A stretch of 64,000 nucleotides of DNA from Eledone cirrhosa (taxonomy: Eukaryota): positions 278,380,001 to 278,444,000 of the forward strand of contig OZ024743.1 of assembly GCA_964016885.1 (NCBI GenBank), in the 5' to 3' direction. The notes under the pieces are model-generated. The model saw only the letters and a program-made list of their open reading frames with translations, had not been told where the DNA came from and ran no database searches. Position 1 is the first letter of the stretch, and every line of letters starts with the position of its first letter. The position numbers and the translations under genes are program-made. Of this stretch, positions 1 to 14,486 are shown piece by piece.

Positions 1-433
1 AGTTTTTTGTTGTTGGAGGAGACGATGTTTTGTGAGAAGTTAGGTGTAGTGCTGTAAGAGAGTTTGATGGTATTTTTGTTAATTATGTTGTGGTAGCGGT
101 GTTGTGGTGGGAAATGTTTTTCAAAAGAAAATTTTAACCAGATTTTGCTTATATTTTTTTTCTCTCTCAGTACCTTTTACAGCTTTACCTTTCATTGTTC
201 TACTTACCGTTTCGACCTCCTCCTCCTCCCCCTCCCCAGTATCCTCTTTGACCTCACACCCAGCTGTAGCTGGCACTACCAACGCATGAATGGGTCTACT
301 CCACCCCCTCTCCCCTTTTCTCCTACTGGCAAGTTTAACTACCCCTTCCCCCACCAACTTGCCATCACAGATTTACTACTAACTTGTGATGTGACCAATC
401 CTGGTGATTATCTCTTTGACCATATATGGAATT

Positions 434-528
434 ACCCCTTGATAAGTTCGGCTATTTAAATACCAGAATTAATTTTTCATTCAGTACAGAATTAGCCGTC
501 GAGACGGCTTGAGCTCAGCCGTCGGGGT
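434..528 (+). ncRNA. Type I hammerhead ribozyme, U3:A8 core variant (family B)
   Basis: Stem I ACCCC(434-438)/GGGGT(524-528); core TTGATAA (439-445); long stem II CGGCTA...TAGCCG; GAGA at 501-504 (GAAA in sister copies at 662 and 56941); stem III ACGGCT/AGCCGT; GUC cleavage triplet 521-523. Confidence 0.7.
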
Positions 529-538
529 CCTACTTGTT

Positions 539-883
<345 letters not shown>

Positions 884-1883
884 CAAAACAGACAAATAAT
901 AGTAAGCATAAAAAGAATATAAGAAAAATTGGAGAAATGTTTGAGGTAGGCAATATAAATTTTCTGCTTGTCAGAGGCTGGACTTCAATCCCACATAATA
1001 TCACACAATAGGGCATTTCCTTCTGACTACAAAGCACACCAACCAGTTCAACCTAATCAATGCTACATATGCCACGAGATCTGCAAATCCGAAGGATGTC
1101 TAAAGAAATAATTCAAAGTTCATCAAGATCAGACAATGCAGGCAGTTCAAGCTGCGCCAAAACTAATATGTAATTCATGTGGACGGCGTTCTAAAGTTTT
1201 GACTTGTCTAAAAAGCGACATAAGATATCACGTCAGAACAGCGCATCATAAATTAGAGTTGGTCAGACATTGTACTGAGTAGATAACCAGTATTTATATA
1301 TAAATTCTTGTCTAGTATATACGAAGTAATATTTTGTTGTCATCAAAATATTTTCCTAAGTAACCCATGCATGCACCACAACAAATCCCAGGGATTTGCA
1401 TTCACTCCAAACCTTAAAGCAACTGTTTTGTTGAAGAGGTGTTCTTTACCCTCAGCTTTGGTCTTCCATTTGCCATATATACAATGAAGTATTTCCTACC
1501 CTGCTTTGCAGATCCCTTTCAGGTAGAACATCTATTAATTTACAATGCCACTACACAGGTGTTTCATATAACCCTCCCCATGTTCCACTCAAGTTTCGTA
1601 AGTACTCTATATATCAGGATTTTCCTTTTATGTGCCCAAAGCAACTCCAACTTAACAATCAGGGATTTTTTCGTCAAGTCAGATCATATGATCCACTCAA
1701 CATCCTGATTCGTTATTGCGAAACAGCTTAAAAACGTGAGAACTTTCTTCAAATATACTTTCACGGCCTAGTTGATAACACAATGATGACATCTGCTTTG
1801 TCTTTCCTGATATATATATTTTTTTTGTAAAACTACAGGGAACAATTAGCATTGACACAATAGCATTATTATTTTAGTATAAA

Positions 1884-2070
1884 GGGCGGTGAATTGGCAG
1901 TATCGGTAGAGGGTTGGACGTCATGCTTTCTAGCATAGTTACGTCCCTTTACGGTCTGAGTTCAAATCCCGTCGAGGTTAACTTTGCCTTTCATCCTTAC
2001 GGGGTCGATAAAATAAAGTACCAGTAATGTACTGGGTAATTGCTGGCCTTGTGCCAAAAGTAGAAACAAT
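1884..2070 (+). mobile_element. tRNA-derived SINE with Meta-like central domain (family S1)
   Basis: A-box TGGCAGTATCGG, B-box GTTCAAATCCC, domain ctttgcctttcatccttacggggtcgataaaataaagtaccag; TSD attattattttagtata at 1865-1881 and 2069-2085. Confidence 0.9.
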
Positions 2071-3972
2071 TATTATTTTAGTATATCAGCAATAATAGAA
2101 AGAACCTGATTATGCTGTGAGGTAAGCTCTGCAATGGATGATTTATATGCAACCAAAACATTCTCCAATAGGTAGTGTCAAACCAACACACGTCTAACAT
2201 TGGCAGGGGTGGAAATGCATTTTACAGTGCTTCATGTAAATAAATCACAACCTGATTGGCTCCATTTTCGACATTATTCAACATAGGTTCCTTTGCTCAA
2301 AATTCTGCGATGCTGTCCAAGCACATTTATATTTAAAACGTAATGTTTCAGTCACATGTTTCCGCACCTCCTTTTCACTACAACAAATTTCACCCAATTT
2401 TGTTATTCCGGTGGGTAATCCATTTGCTTCATACATCAAGTAATTCTAGGCAACGTCAAGAGTATTTCTCACGTCATTTTCTTTATGTCAACGTTTGACT
2501 GGGCAGCACAAACATCAAATGACACCGGGTTTTGCTAATGTAAATGTCTCCCAGCGATGTTTAAGTTAACTTCAGTTTGCAGCAACACTATACGGTACAA
2601 ATCTTAACCACAAAATCGAAAGACGAAACCATTCTTATAAGAACTTGCTATCTACTCATTTCACTTTTCTTAATTTTATTTCAAGATTTTGGAGCTTCGA
2701 AAACAAAATGGTAATTAAATAACACATTTCAAATTTCCTGTCAAACAGCTGTTGTCAATGACAGTTAGTCCTTGTTATATTTTTCCTATCATCTCAGAAC
2801 CCCTCATGACATCATTTAGTTGTTCTATATAAGTAAGGCAACGGATCTAATTTCTCATTCCCGTATCATTGCAATCAACGACCTTTTTTAATTGGACGGT
2901 AGTACTCCAAAACCTTACCTGATATTACGGATTAGAATGTAAAACCTTTTCACCTTGGTGTACAGTTGATATAGTTGGAATAACTCATCGAAGCATGTTG
3001 CAAGGTATTTTGTCTTCTCTTTTTATACACAATCGTAGTAAGGTTACTCTCAAAGTACGCAATAGTGGCAGTAACAGGTGTTACCTGAACATAAATTCCT
3101 CCAAACAGCTTCTTGCATCACTGAAAATTAACTCCATAGCCGCCACGAAAGGATGAGGACAAATGGTAAACTCTATCTGAAATTCAGTGTGTGATAGTTA
3201 ATTAGGATTTATTGGTAGTAAAGCTCAAGACTATTGGACTAAGATATCGAACTAGAAGTTGCCCTTTACTTGCTAAGAATTTCTAGCACGAGGACAATAC
3301 TGCGCTCCAATATCGAAAAGCGGTGAGCGTTAATGGACGGTTTCTCTTATTTAGAATTGGTAAGATACAGTTAAATGATAAATGGTTTTTAAATAGCCCA
3401 CGTTTTGCAAACATTTCCGACCCCTAATTAAATAATGATAAGTATTATACATATTTATTATAATACGACGTTTTTATTTGAACAAAGATCATAATAGTAT
3501 TTTCGCTTATTTAAGGTCTCGAACTTTCAATGATATTCCATGTATTGTTATAATCTTAGGTATGGTTTTCATTTGTAGAGAGATTAGAATAATTTAATAA
3601 GATATCGATTCCTTATAGTAAGCATAATCGTAATGCATGTGTTTAAACATTTCTTCAATCATAAACCACTAATTGACACACGTCACTCAGTAAAAGCTAA
3701 CACATAATCCATAATGTTATTGTTTGCGTTTCAATACCTCTGCCTATATACACACACATTATCTCTCATTCATATACAGACACTCGCTCTGATACATACA
3801 CACACTCTCCCACATACATATACACACTTTCTCTCATACACATAGATTATATACAGACATTATACACATATTATACACATATTATACACATATACTGCAC
3901 ATATTATACACATATACTGCACATATTATACATATATACTGCACACATATACACGCACACAAATATACATGC

Positions 3973-4009
<37 letters not shown>

Positions 4010-4090
4010 ATGACATGGCTGTCACTTGATAACAATATTTTTCTCGATTTGTTTGGGAAATGGTAATTCCATTTCTTTCACCCCCACTAA

Positions 4091-4137
<47 letters not shown>

Positions 4138-4249
4138 CACAGTGTTGACAAGATCGTCAGTGGTCCAGGATCACATATCGATAACTATCTGCTTATGTAT
4201 CCGATCATTTCCGGTTAATAAAACCATCTCTATCTATACATGCACATAT

Positions 4250-4316
<67 letters not shown>

Positions 4317-4381
4317 AATATATATATATATATTTATATATATATATATATATATATATACGTAGATATATATATATATAT

Positions 4382-4472
<91 letters not shown>

Positions 4473-4732
4473 ATATACATACATACATATATATAATACA
4501 TATATAGATAAATATATAAAACTCTACCAAAGTTTCTATCAATCTATGTAGATACACCTCCATCTATCTGTCTGACTGCCTGATTGTTGATCTATAATTA
4601 GCTACTCATCCATATTTATCAATGAATCTATTGATGGAGGAAAACGACAATAATGACAACCAAATAGAAACCCAAGAGACCGACAAAATAGATAGAAAGT
4701 TAGACAAAGTCGTTTTAATTTATTGCATATAT

Positions 4733-5068
4733 AAAGACCACCTTCGGTCACGGGAGACAATGAGATTTGCACATAGAAAGTTTCCCTCGGAGGCACAAGT
4801 GCGGGGAAGGTTGGTTGTGTAAGGCCAGCAGTGGCCCATGTATACCAGTCTCCCCTCTCCGCGCCACCAATGATGTCCTAGGGAATGGCTAAGATCGATA
4901 CAGTTCGCATCAGTGACATGGCAACCTATTTCTACAGCTGAGTAAACTGGAGCAACGTGAAATAAAGTGTCTTGCTCAAGAACACAACAGACATTCCGGT
5001 CCGGGAATCGAACTAAAAGCTTCACGATTTAGAGCCCAACGCTCTAACCACTAAGCTAAACGCCTGCA
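4733..5068 (-). mobile_element. tRNA-derived CORE-like SINE (family S2)
   Basis: Minus strand has a tRNA-like head (agcttagtggttagagcg...gttcgattccc) then gtgttcttgagcaagacactttatttcacgttgctccagtttactcagctgtagaaat; flanked by TSD tattgcatatat. Confidence 0.8.
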
Positions 5069-5399
5069 ATATTGCATATATGTTTGTTAAAACTAAATAC
5101 GGAAATAAAATTGATGTAATTGATTTAATGAATCGAAAATGAAGTAAAGTGATGATCGGAGTGACAAGAGTGAGAAGATCAAAGAATTATTAAATGAAAT
5201 AATACTTTTAAATATATAACCCAGACATTTGTTAATATATATATACTTCTTTTTTGTATTTGTTTTGCAAAATTTCTTATCTGAAATTGTCTGTAACAGA
5301 TAATTTTATAATTATGAAGTCATAAGACCAGTAAAAACACACGCACCTGTTGATTTCACTTTAGCTTATTATACACTAGTTAGATTCACATGACCATAG

Positions 5400-6236
5400 C
5401 AGCCTCTGCCCCACAAAACCAGGGAGGAGCATACCACTTACCATTACCTCAATGTTAAACAAGACCCACACAAAAAGATGAAAACCTCGTCCAAGTAAAG
5501 AAAATGATTACACATACAATTGCGGCCAGTATAAAACTAACCCTTAAAGAAAATATGTTTAAGTTCAATAGAAAAAAAACATGTGCCCAAGAGGAAGAAC
5601 TCACCATTACTCCAGAAACATAACAAAATGGAACATGGAGGCACACTAGCGAACATAGAAATAAAAATCACACACAGAAAAGATGCAATGCTCCGACAGA
5701 TTACAGAAGCTCCAAAACATAAACGAATTCGAACCCAGCAAAAATTAAACTAAAAACATGAGTGGAATTGAAAAAAACATTACCACTAATAACTAAGGAC
5801 AAGATAAAAATTTACTGATACACACAAGAACCAAACTGATAAAACAAATCAGACACACACAGATACAACAAACAACTAACTAGTGACGAGTGAATAAATG
5901 TATAAATAAATAAAAACAGACAAATCCGGAAATTACGCATGCGCACCTCAAGTACACAACACACAGTTCACAAAAAAATATATATGGTATAATATATATG
6001 GTATAATAATATATATATGGTATATATAATTACAAAAATATATATATGGTATAGGAGAAAATAAAGGAGAGACAGAAAATAAAAATTAGTCAATGAGGAG
6101 GTCACAGAATGTGTGACGAAAGCGCTTTGACTATAGAAAATAAACAAAAATCGGTTATTAAACTAGCCAACAGGAAATTTGTAATGAATTGAAGTAAAAC
6201 CAGCTGGTGCGTGTGTTTTTATTGGCAGTGTGCCGC
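5400..6236 (+). mobile_element. Internally deleted Penelope-like element (family A), 3' end with HHR
   Basis: Short RT-region peptide joined to a GIY-YIG C-terminus (HGGTLANIEIKITHRKDAMLRQITEA...KHEWN); the 3' region is an inverted homolog of 6380-6990. Confidence 0.75.
6087..6133 (+). ncRNA. Minimal type I hammerhead (family A), C3 mutated
   Basis: Stem I TAGTCA/TGACTA; core ATGAGGA; stem II GTCAC/GTGAC; GAAA; palindromic stem III AGCGCT; CUU triplet. Confidence 0.75.
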
Positions 6237-6380
6237 TGCACGGACACACTAGAATAGGGAGATGAATGTTAACATATATCGATGCCCTAAGGACAGACAC
6301 AGGTCTCTGGGAGACGCAGGCCATGGTGGCGATGATGAAGGACAAAGACCGCTGGAGAGAACTCGTCTATGGATCTCGGG
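6237..6380 (+). mobile_element. RTE-clade LINE 3' fragment
   Basis: Translates to HGHTRIGR*MLTYIDALRTDTGLWETQAMVAMMKDKDRWRELV, typical of an RTE ORF C-terminus. Confidence 0.7.
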
Positions 6381-7970
6381 AATTTGTTTTGCAAGACCTA
6401 TTCTCTGAAAACGTGTGTTGAAACAGATATTGTTATAATCTCGGAGTGTCATGCTGCCAATAAACGCCCCTGTTGGTTTTCGCTTCAATTTATTATAAAT
6501 TTCCGGCTGGTTGGTTGATTCGATAACCGGATTGTTGTTTATATATTGTCAAAGCTCTTTCGACATACATTCTGTGACCTCCTCAGTGACTAGGTTTTTA
6601 TCTTGTGTCACTCCTTTGTTCTGTCCTACACCATCTTGTTTTTGTGTGTTGTGTGTTGTGTGTTGTGTGTTGTAGTTTGCGCATGCGTTACATCCGGAGT
6701 GTCTGTTTTATTCATTTATTTATCTGTTTATTTTCTTGTCACTAGTTGATTGTTCTAACTGTGTGTGGCTGATTTGTTTTGTCAGTTTAATTTTTGTCCG
6801 TGTCTGTATGTCTTCATTTTGTGCTTAATTATTAGTTGTGGTGTTGCTATTCCACTCATGTTTTCTGTTTAATTTTCGGTAGAGTTCGTTTATGTTTTTC
6901 GCGTTTGTGTTTTATCTGAGCATTGCATCTTTTCTGTGTGTAGATATAATTTTTATCGCTATGTTCTTTAATGTGCCCCTATGTTTTATTTTGGCATGTT
7001 GGTGGAATACTGATGAGTTTTTCCCATCCTGAAGTTTTCGCCAGTGTTCACTTATCCTTTCTCCTATGCTACGGACTGTTTCACCTATGTATGTTATGTT
7101 CTTATTCCTACACCGACCCTCGGTATATCTTATGCTATATGCTACATTCCTATTTTTGCAGTTAGTTTGCGGGCTTATCTTGCATTCTATGCATTTCCTA
7201 TCAATGCATGGCGTTTCTTTGAAATGAGTGTTTTACTAATTAGAATTTTTATGGGAATACCTGGTCTTTCAACTATCTTAATATATAATTTTAGCTTGTC
7301 TAGGGCCCTTCTAAAGCTGTAAGCTAGTTCGCCTCTAGGGGTTGTATTGACAAGCATTCCACTCTGGTATGTATCATAACATGAGTTAATTTTATTTACC
7401 TTATTTCTAATCCTTTCTATTCTGTTCCAAAATTTCCATTATTTTCTTCAATCTTTGCCCATTTTGTTGTGGCTCCTTTATAAACCCTAGTCTTGTCTCT
7501 CTGCTTGAAGCCACTTTCATCAAGTCCGCAATCAGTATATTGATTTGTATGTGATCTGAAACAGCTGAGTTTCGGTGGATCAGGTATTTGGAGGTCATGG
7601 GTTTGGCAAAATGCGAATGGAGGATTTGCGTTCTATTACTAATAGTTTCCAACCAGAGTTCTGTGTCTGGTACGGGTAACCTATGGTTGAGGTGTTTCGT
7701 TGGGTAGTCTATAGTAACTTTAATACACTGGAGGATGGAGTTAGAGTTAGATATTTGTTGGATGCTTTACATGGTGTTATTCTCTAATTCCTGACTGTTC
7801 TACTGTGGGTGTGTTTTACTACGATGTTTATGTCATCTACGTAGCAGGAGTACATAGTCAGGGTTATAAAATTGTCGTCTTATTGTTCCTTAAGTCATCT
7901 GTCTCACCATACCATAAAGAGGTTAGCTATGTCCCCTGCCATGCTAATGCCAGTGGCTGCACCTTCCGCA
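6381..7970 (-). mobile_element. 5'-truncated Penelope-like retroelement (family A): RT + GIY-YIG pseudo-ORF and HHR-bearing 3' end
   Basis: Minus strand gives EGAATGISMAGDIANLFMVW...MYSCYVDDINIV (RT), IKVTIDYPTKH...ILHSHFAKPMTSKYLIHRNSA, then NCKNRNVAYSI...YIGETVRSIGERISEH...FHQH...LNRKHEW (GIY-YIG), with stops and frameshifts. Confidence 0.9.
6548..6590 (-). ncRNA. Minimal type I hammerhead (family A)
   Basis: GTCA CTGAGGA G GTCAC agaatgt ATGTC GAAA GAGC TT TGAC; core intact, stem II has substitutions. Confidence 0.75.
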
Positions 7971-8546
7971 TGGGCATGTGTTAAAACTAACTCTTAAGGA
8001 ACATATGCTCCAGTTTAATGGCAAAACATATGCTGGATTTCACATCCTGATTATAATACGAAATTTCTCAAGAAGGTGATTATGAAAAAGAAGAAAAAAT
8101 TTATTCATTGCTTTAAAAAATAGAGACTGTTGAGAACATATCTTGAAGGATTGAAGTTCAATTTGCGTTTGCATAAAGTATTCTCACGAAAGGTTCTATT
8201 TATGTATTCATGTATGCATGTATATTCGTATTTTTTGTTGAGCGAGAGATTCCTACTCTTCATTAAGACATCTCTCTAGGAGAAGGTCACACTGATGTAA
8301 AACCTGTGACTTCGTTTGCATCCAATAATGTAGACCAGTTTTTCTTTTTGGGCAAATGCATTCGGTGTTCAGGGGGTGGGATTGGCCCTGTGCAATAGTT
8401 TTCAAGCACATGCATCGCTTGATATGTGACATTTTTTGCGATGCATGGTATTGCTGGCCATAGGCAAGTCCCATGTTTAACTATCAAGCAATGGCATTAC
8501 TAGAAATCGAGCTGCATCCATCATGTATGTATGAATGTATGCGTGA

Positions 8547-8635
<89 letters not shown>

Positions 8636-8891
8636 TGTGTGTATGGGGGGGGGAGTATAATTGCACCAAGTATTGCACCAACAAAACTATAGATTTGGTG
8701 AGAAAGAGAGTAAGATTTTATTGGCTTTAACATATGTTTCTTTGTATTATAATAGTCTACATATGCTGACTAAAATATATATTGTCAAATGATACCGTGG
8801 AGTCAAATCCCCTACTAAGCAGTTATCTTGTTTAAGTATTCATTCTTGATATACATAAAGAAAACCTTATCTATCCTCACATATACATACA

Positions 8892-8949
<58 letters not shown>

Positions 8950-8951
<2 letters not shown>

Positions 8952-9115
8952 AGGTTGTCAGGACCGGGCGATGTATTATGTCCCTTGAGCAAGGAACTTT
9001 ATTTCATGTTGCTCCTTCTACCTGGAATTGCGACTGATAGATAGTATTAGCAATTGGAACGACCAACGGAAACATTGTTTCCTCGGTCCGATTTGACGAA
9101 AGTTGATCGGTCTGT
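8950..9115 (+). mobile_element. CORE-like SINE (S2 subfamily with hairpin tail), 5' truncated
   Basis: Matches 17043-17265 and 53185-53385 (ccttgagcaag...tttatttca...gatagatagtattagcaattggaa...cggtccgatttgacgaaagt). Confidence 0.75.
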
Positions 9116-9720
9116 ATACGTGTCTGTGTGTGTGTGTATATATATGTGAGTATGTATATGTGTATATATATATATATATATTCTTGATGGCAGGAATGAT
9201 GCTTACCTATTCGTCTTTTTGTTTATCTGTCACCATTGTAAAGTGAGTGGGATTGGTCCAATGCAAGAACTTTCTTCGCGGAAAAAGCTTCAAGGACGGG
9301 CATCCCTCGATCTACACATCTTTCACCTGTGTTGTATATGCGTGGCAGGCCGAAGGTGAAAAAATACTTTTTTCTCTGTTTTTCTTTCTTTCGCTACAGC
9401 ATATGAAGAAAGGAATGTAAATCTTTGACAGAGCTAAAAATACATGTTCGGCCCATCCATGAAAGAGAAAATGATTAGGTGATGACAATTCTCTAAATCG
9501 AGATTGCGCTATCATGTATGTATGTATGTATGTATGTATGTATGTATGTATGTATGTATGTATGTATGTATGTATAAGTGTATGAATATATATATATTGA
9601 CCATGTGGTTATGGTGTTCGTTCGAGGAAGAATCTCCTACTATACCCTCGAGTTGATAATATGGGTAAGTGAAATTAGGAAACGGAAACTCTGCTGAAAA
9701 TCATCGTATATATAATACAC

Positions 9721-9838
<118 letters not shown>

Positions 9839-11528
9839 TTATGTATGTTTGAATATGTATATATGTTATGTTGTGTGATTTTGTGTTTATTCATCTCTGT
9901 GCGTTTATAAGTGCGGTTGTTCATGTGCGCAGGAGCTTGTAATTATATATATCATATATTTCGTACTTACGAAAACAATACTCCACCATATTGTGAATTC
10001 TTATGGCAAATGTGCCTGTTTAAGGCCTCTTGTACGATAGGAATATCCGCGAGAGAACTCTTTGTCACAGCATGTTGACGGAGTTCATTGCACTCCCCAC
10101 TCTGCCAACACGGAAATGCCTCAGGGTTCATTTATTTATCATCCAGCTTTACTTCTTTAGGTTATGGATCCTTTCTCTGGCACCCCTCCATACTATAACC
10201 ATACATTTCACTATTCATATAATGCCTGCTTTACCCACTCAACATACTTTTTCCTTATTTTCTCTTTTCTTCCGGTTTCATCCACTCTCTAGTCTTGTCC
10301 AGTCTCAATAAAACATCATGGAATAAAGATTTTTACATATCATACTAACTTCACACGTAAAACACATCACATTCATACTCATAGAGAGACACAAAAATAA
10401 CATTTTATTTATAGCTTCCATATGACAGACAATATCTCTTTTAGCCTGGTATAAATCTAGTTCCCAAATGGACTCATGTACCAAAGAATATATAACAAGA
10501 ACAGCTTGCAAATTAGCTACAGAAGAGAGCTCAATAACAGCCTTCTGCCATTCAACGACGATCATTGTAATTGCGACAACGCAAAATTTTGTAGACCTGA
10601 CAGCAAGTGTTTGTACTTATCCATGTCAACGTATGTTGACAACAGACTGAATGAATGAGAATATGTCAACCCACGTCTTAGCGTTTCTAAAGAGCGCAGC
10701 TTATGTACAGGTGAAATGTTTTCATTTTGATGTCTCCTGTTAAACACTTGAATTAAAAGGACTAAATTAACATCGAAATATCGTCAACCAAACAGATTGA
10801 TTCCGAAATGCTTGCAAGTTCTTTAAATAATCCAAACTGCATCACAGGTATTGGATCACAAGTCCTAGATCCAGCCCCCAAATAATAATTGAGCTTAACA
10901 TTATTCAATGGGAGACGACTTAGCAGAATTGCCCTCGCAGGTTGTTCTGGCTAAAGGGACATTGAGTTAAAATCCTCCTGATGTCAATTTTGGCTTTTAT
11001 CCTTTCGGATTCGACAAAATAAGGCGGTGCGTTAGCGGAATTCATAGGACGTAGAATTTTTGTTTTGAGTGTTCTCAGGTGGTAGACTTAATTCGTCGTC
11101 CGGTTTAACACCCAAACCTGATTCTTGGGTGTCTGAACGGATTTTATTCTGTTGCCAGGCCTCCTGTTGGAGCATAACTTCCCACCCTTGTTTCCAGTCT
11201 TGGAGGGTCTTAACAAATAAAGAGTCATAGACGCTACCTTTCTATCCCCGTCTAAATGGTACAAAAAACATAAAACAATTTACAAAGTGTAAATACACCA
11301 ATGTCTACAGCAACTCTTATTATATAGAATGTATGACTTTCTATATGTACATGTACCTTTACACACAGACAATTTGCGGTTCATATATAAATGCTAGGCC
11401 GATGCCTAAAATTATCTCTCTATCTCTTGATATATGGAGGAGGTGAGTTCTTTTCTGTCTTCTGTCAATATCATGATTTTCTTCACTATACTATATAAAC
11501 AAAGGATTTTTAATACTTGCTTCTTTAC

Positions 11529-11699
11529 CCCATATAGTCCTGAGTCTTCCAAGTCATATACTCTGCTTTGTTGAACTGGTTTGCATTCTTCAACTTCATC
11601 TTCATCCATGTTTTTAGTGTGACCAATAACCTGTATATCAGATAGAATAGTAATGTTAATCCGTTGTCTTATCCTCGGTTTTTGAAGCACCTCATATGG
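11529..11699 (-). CDS. Candidate isolated 171-bp exon, product unknown
   Basis: Acceptor tttccttAG, donor GTAAAG, open phase 0-0, 57 codons (PYEVLQKPRIRQ...DLEDSGLYG). No homology recognised; may be chance. Confidence 0.2.
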
Positions 11700-12989
11700 C
11701 TAAGGAAACTACAGTAACATAAATGAATTAAAATTGTGTAGAAACAGTGGTCAAATGTATTTATACATACACCCCCAGTGTTTAAAGAAGCAGATGAAAA
11801 CATTATATAATCTATACGTAAATATACATTAAATGAATTCTGAATATAAGTGATAGCCCACTATACTAGCTTTGATCAATAGTTTTCAATCAGAACTAAA
11901 CTGGGCGTGAACAACAACTGAAAAAAGACACAACAGTAAACCTAGGTAAATAAGTTTCACTTGTAAGGTTCAGGGAAGATGTTTTTACAACTCCTAATAA
12001 TTATATTGCCCTGGGTTTTTAATGAAGCTGGTTTTAGGATGTTTTCGCTTTAAACCTCTCCATATTTTTTTTTATTTAAAAATAAGAGAAAATTAATTCC
12101 GAAACTGATTAGTATTCGGAGATTTACATATAAGTACGGTACTTTTATTTATTTTTGTATATGAATATTTTTCGTTTGCATTTTAAATGTATGTATTTCA
12201 TTTACATTTGTAATTATATTTCCATACTCAAATTATAACTGAAACAACAGCATTTTAACTTTTCAGAAAGTGAAACAACTAATGCTTTCACATGAAAACA
12301 AAATATATCTATACACTTCAAAGGGAAATGTAATATATTAATATACAAAATAAAAAAAAATAGATAAATAAATAAATATAATAAATAAAATACTTGCAGT
12401 TGTAAATTTCCTAACACGAAAATTAATTTTAAAAAGTTATTTTAGATATTTATTTTGTTATTTATTCAATTTTCTTTTTCAGATTATAAACCTCTGATGT
12501 TCAAAACAAAATCCGAAGATCAATTTTAAAGAAAAAAATGAAACGTACGCTAAAACGTTTCAGTGCTAAAACATCCAAGCTAAAACGTTTAAGTGCCATA
12601 TATAGAATGAATAGAAAAAATATGCTACCAAATGAAGTGAAATAGTATGGGGTAGAACTTACATCGACATCGCTAGCTACTAAAGCTAATCTCTGTTGAA
12701 TTTCAAGGATTTGAAATTTTAAGAAAATTAAATGAGATAACTTAAGCTTAAATTACCTGTACTGAGCGAACCAACGGGGGGGGGGGGGGGGGGGGCACCA
12801 CTGCCTGATTGCGCCGATTGTTTAAAATAGTATCCAAATCACCCACAGATTAGAGTCTAGCGACTTAAATAATGAGGAACACTTGACCAATTAGTAGTAG
12901 ATTCACAAAAACACAAGAGGTCACAGCTAGTAATTTTTTCATTATGTTAAGTCTGTTAACTAAATAACCACGAAATAACCACGAAAGAC

Positions 12990-13240
12990 AAGTGACTATA
13001 TGGGGTAACGAAGTACCTTTTCCACGATTGCACAATCTACTGGAAATAGCAGCGCAATATCCCTCAAATCGCAAGCTACCGTGCTTAACAAAACAGACGG
13101 TTATATGGAATAATTTTTTATTCTGGTTACATTATAAAAGCAAAGATGGGTATAATGGACACGCTTATAATGGTTTGAACACATATCTGATTGATCAGGT
13201 CTGGCCTGTGGCTAAATAACCCTAAAAATAAACATCAATG
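12990..13240 (+). repeat. Old dispersed short repeat (gctagaaatagcagccaaat-like family)
   Basis: Diverged copies at ~18000-18070 (+), 19800-19865 (-), 26000-26100 (-) and 58630-58740 (+). Confidence 0.55.
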
Positions 13241-13680
13241 CAATGAATGCCATATACACACGCACATGAAAAGTATTGTTTGTACATCGAAGTGAGGTAG
13301 TCCGAAAAAAATACAAAGAAAAGAGTGATGTGTATTGCAATTGTACTAAATATACTGATATTTCATAATTACAAACGGGCTAACGAGATAGATTCTACAT
13401 GGTAATTTACCCTGCTATATATAACTGATAAATATAAATCACATTCTACTGACTATAAATTGAAAGATATGCAGAATAATGAATTGTCCCAGATAAAGTA
13501 TTTATTTTATCAGTTTAGAAGCAGAGCCTCGTGCTTTCACGGATTCTCATAGGCTTGAAACTACGTTGATTTTGTCGTGGCTGGAATGCTTTTGATCATA
13601 AGTTTGTTCATAAGGGCAGAGCTGGACAAAGACATCAATGAAGAGTTAAAATGTCATATCTATCTATCTCAAATAAAGAA

Positions 13681-13715
<35 letters not shown>

Positions 13716-13757
13716 GACTATTTATCCATCCACCCATCTATCTATCTTTCTATCTCT

Positions 13758-13826
<69 letters not shown>

Positions 13827-14147
13827 CCCCCTCTCTCTCTATCTATCTATCTATCTATCTATGTGTGTATAGATAAATATACCAATACAAATATATGTAT
13901 ATTGTACACGTATTGGTATACATTCCGTTGATTGCCTGCATCAGTAGTGTGCAGCTATAGTGGTTGGTGTTCTCGTGAATTCTTTACTGCTGCTGTATTT
14001 ACAGCCGCTAGCAGCAGCCTAGACTGCTACACGTTACTGAGGTAATTACATTGTCGGGGTACTCAGCGTGTTGCATACCCGGGGAAACTCGTGGCATCAA
14101 AACTTTAACAATTTCTACCACACTCATGCTCTCTCTCTCTCCCCCTC

Positions 14148-14233
<86 letters not shown>

Positions 14234-14284
14234 TTTCTCTATCTCTCTATCTATCTACATATCTATCTGTAAACTCTCACTACG

Positions 14285-14315
<31 letters not shown>

Positions 14316-14379
14316 GTGTGGATGTCTATCAACCTATCTACCTATTATTCCCCCTCTCTCTCACTATATATATATATTC

Positions 14380-14411
<32 letters not shown>

Positions 14412-14443
14412 AATTCTTTGCTTAAGCTTGTAATCTGTACTAA

Positions 14444-14478
<35 letters not shown>

Positions 14479-14486
<8 letters not shown>

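Noticed and set aside
1884-2000. tRNA gene-like A/B boxes
   Set aside because: These are SINE heads; no cloverleaf or acceptor stem.
10300-10770. Protein-like short ORFs (also 8250-8500)
   Set aside because: No recognisable motif and interrupted by stops; cannot be supported.
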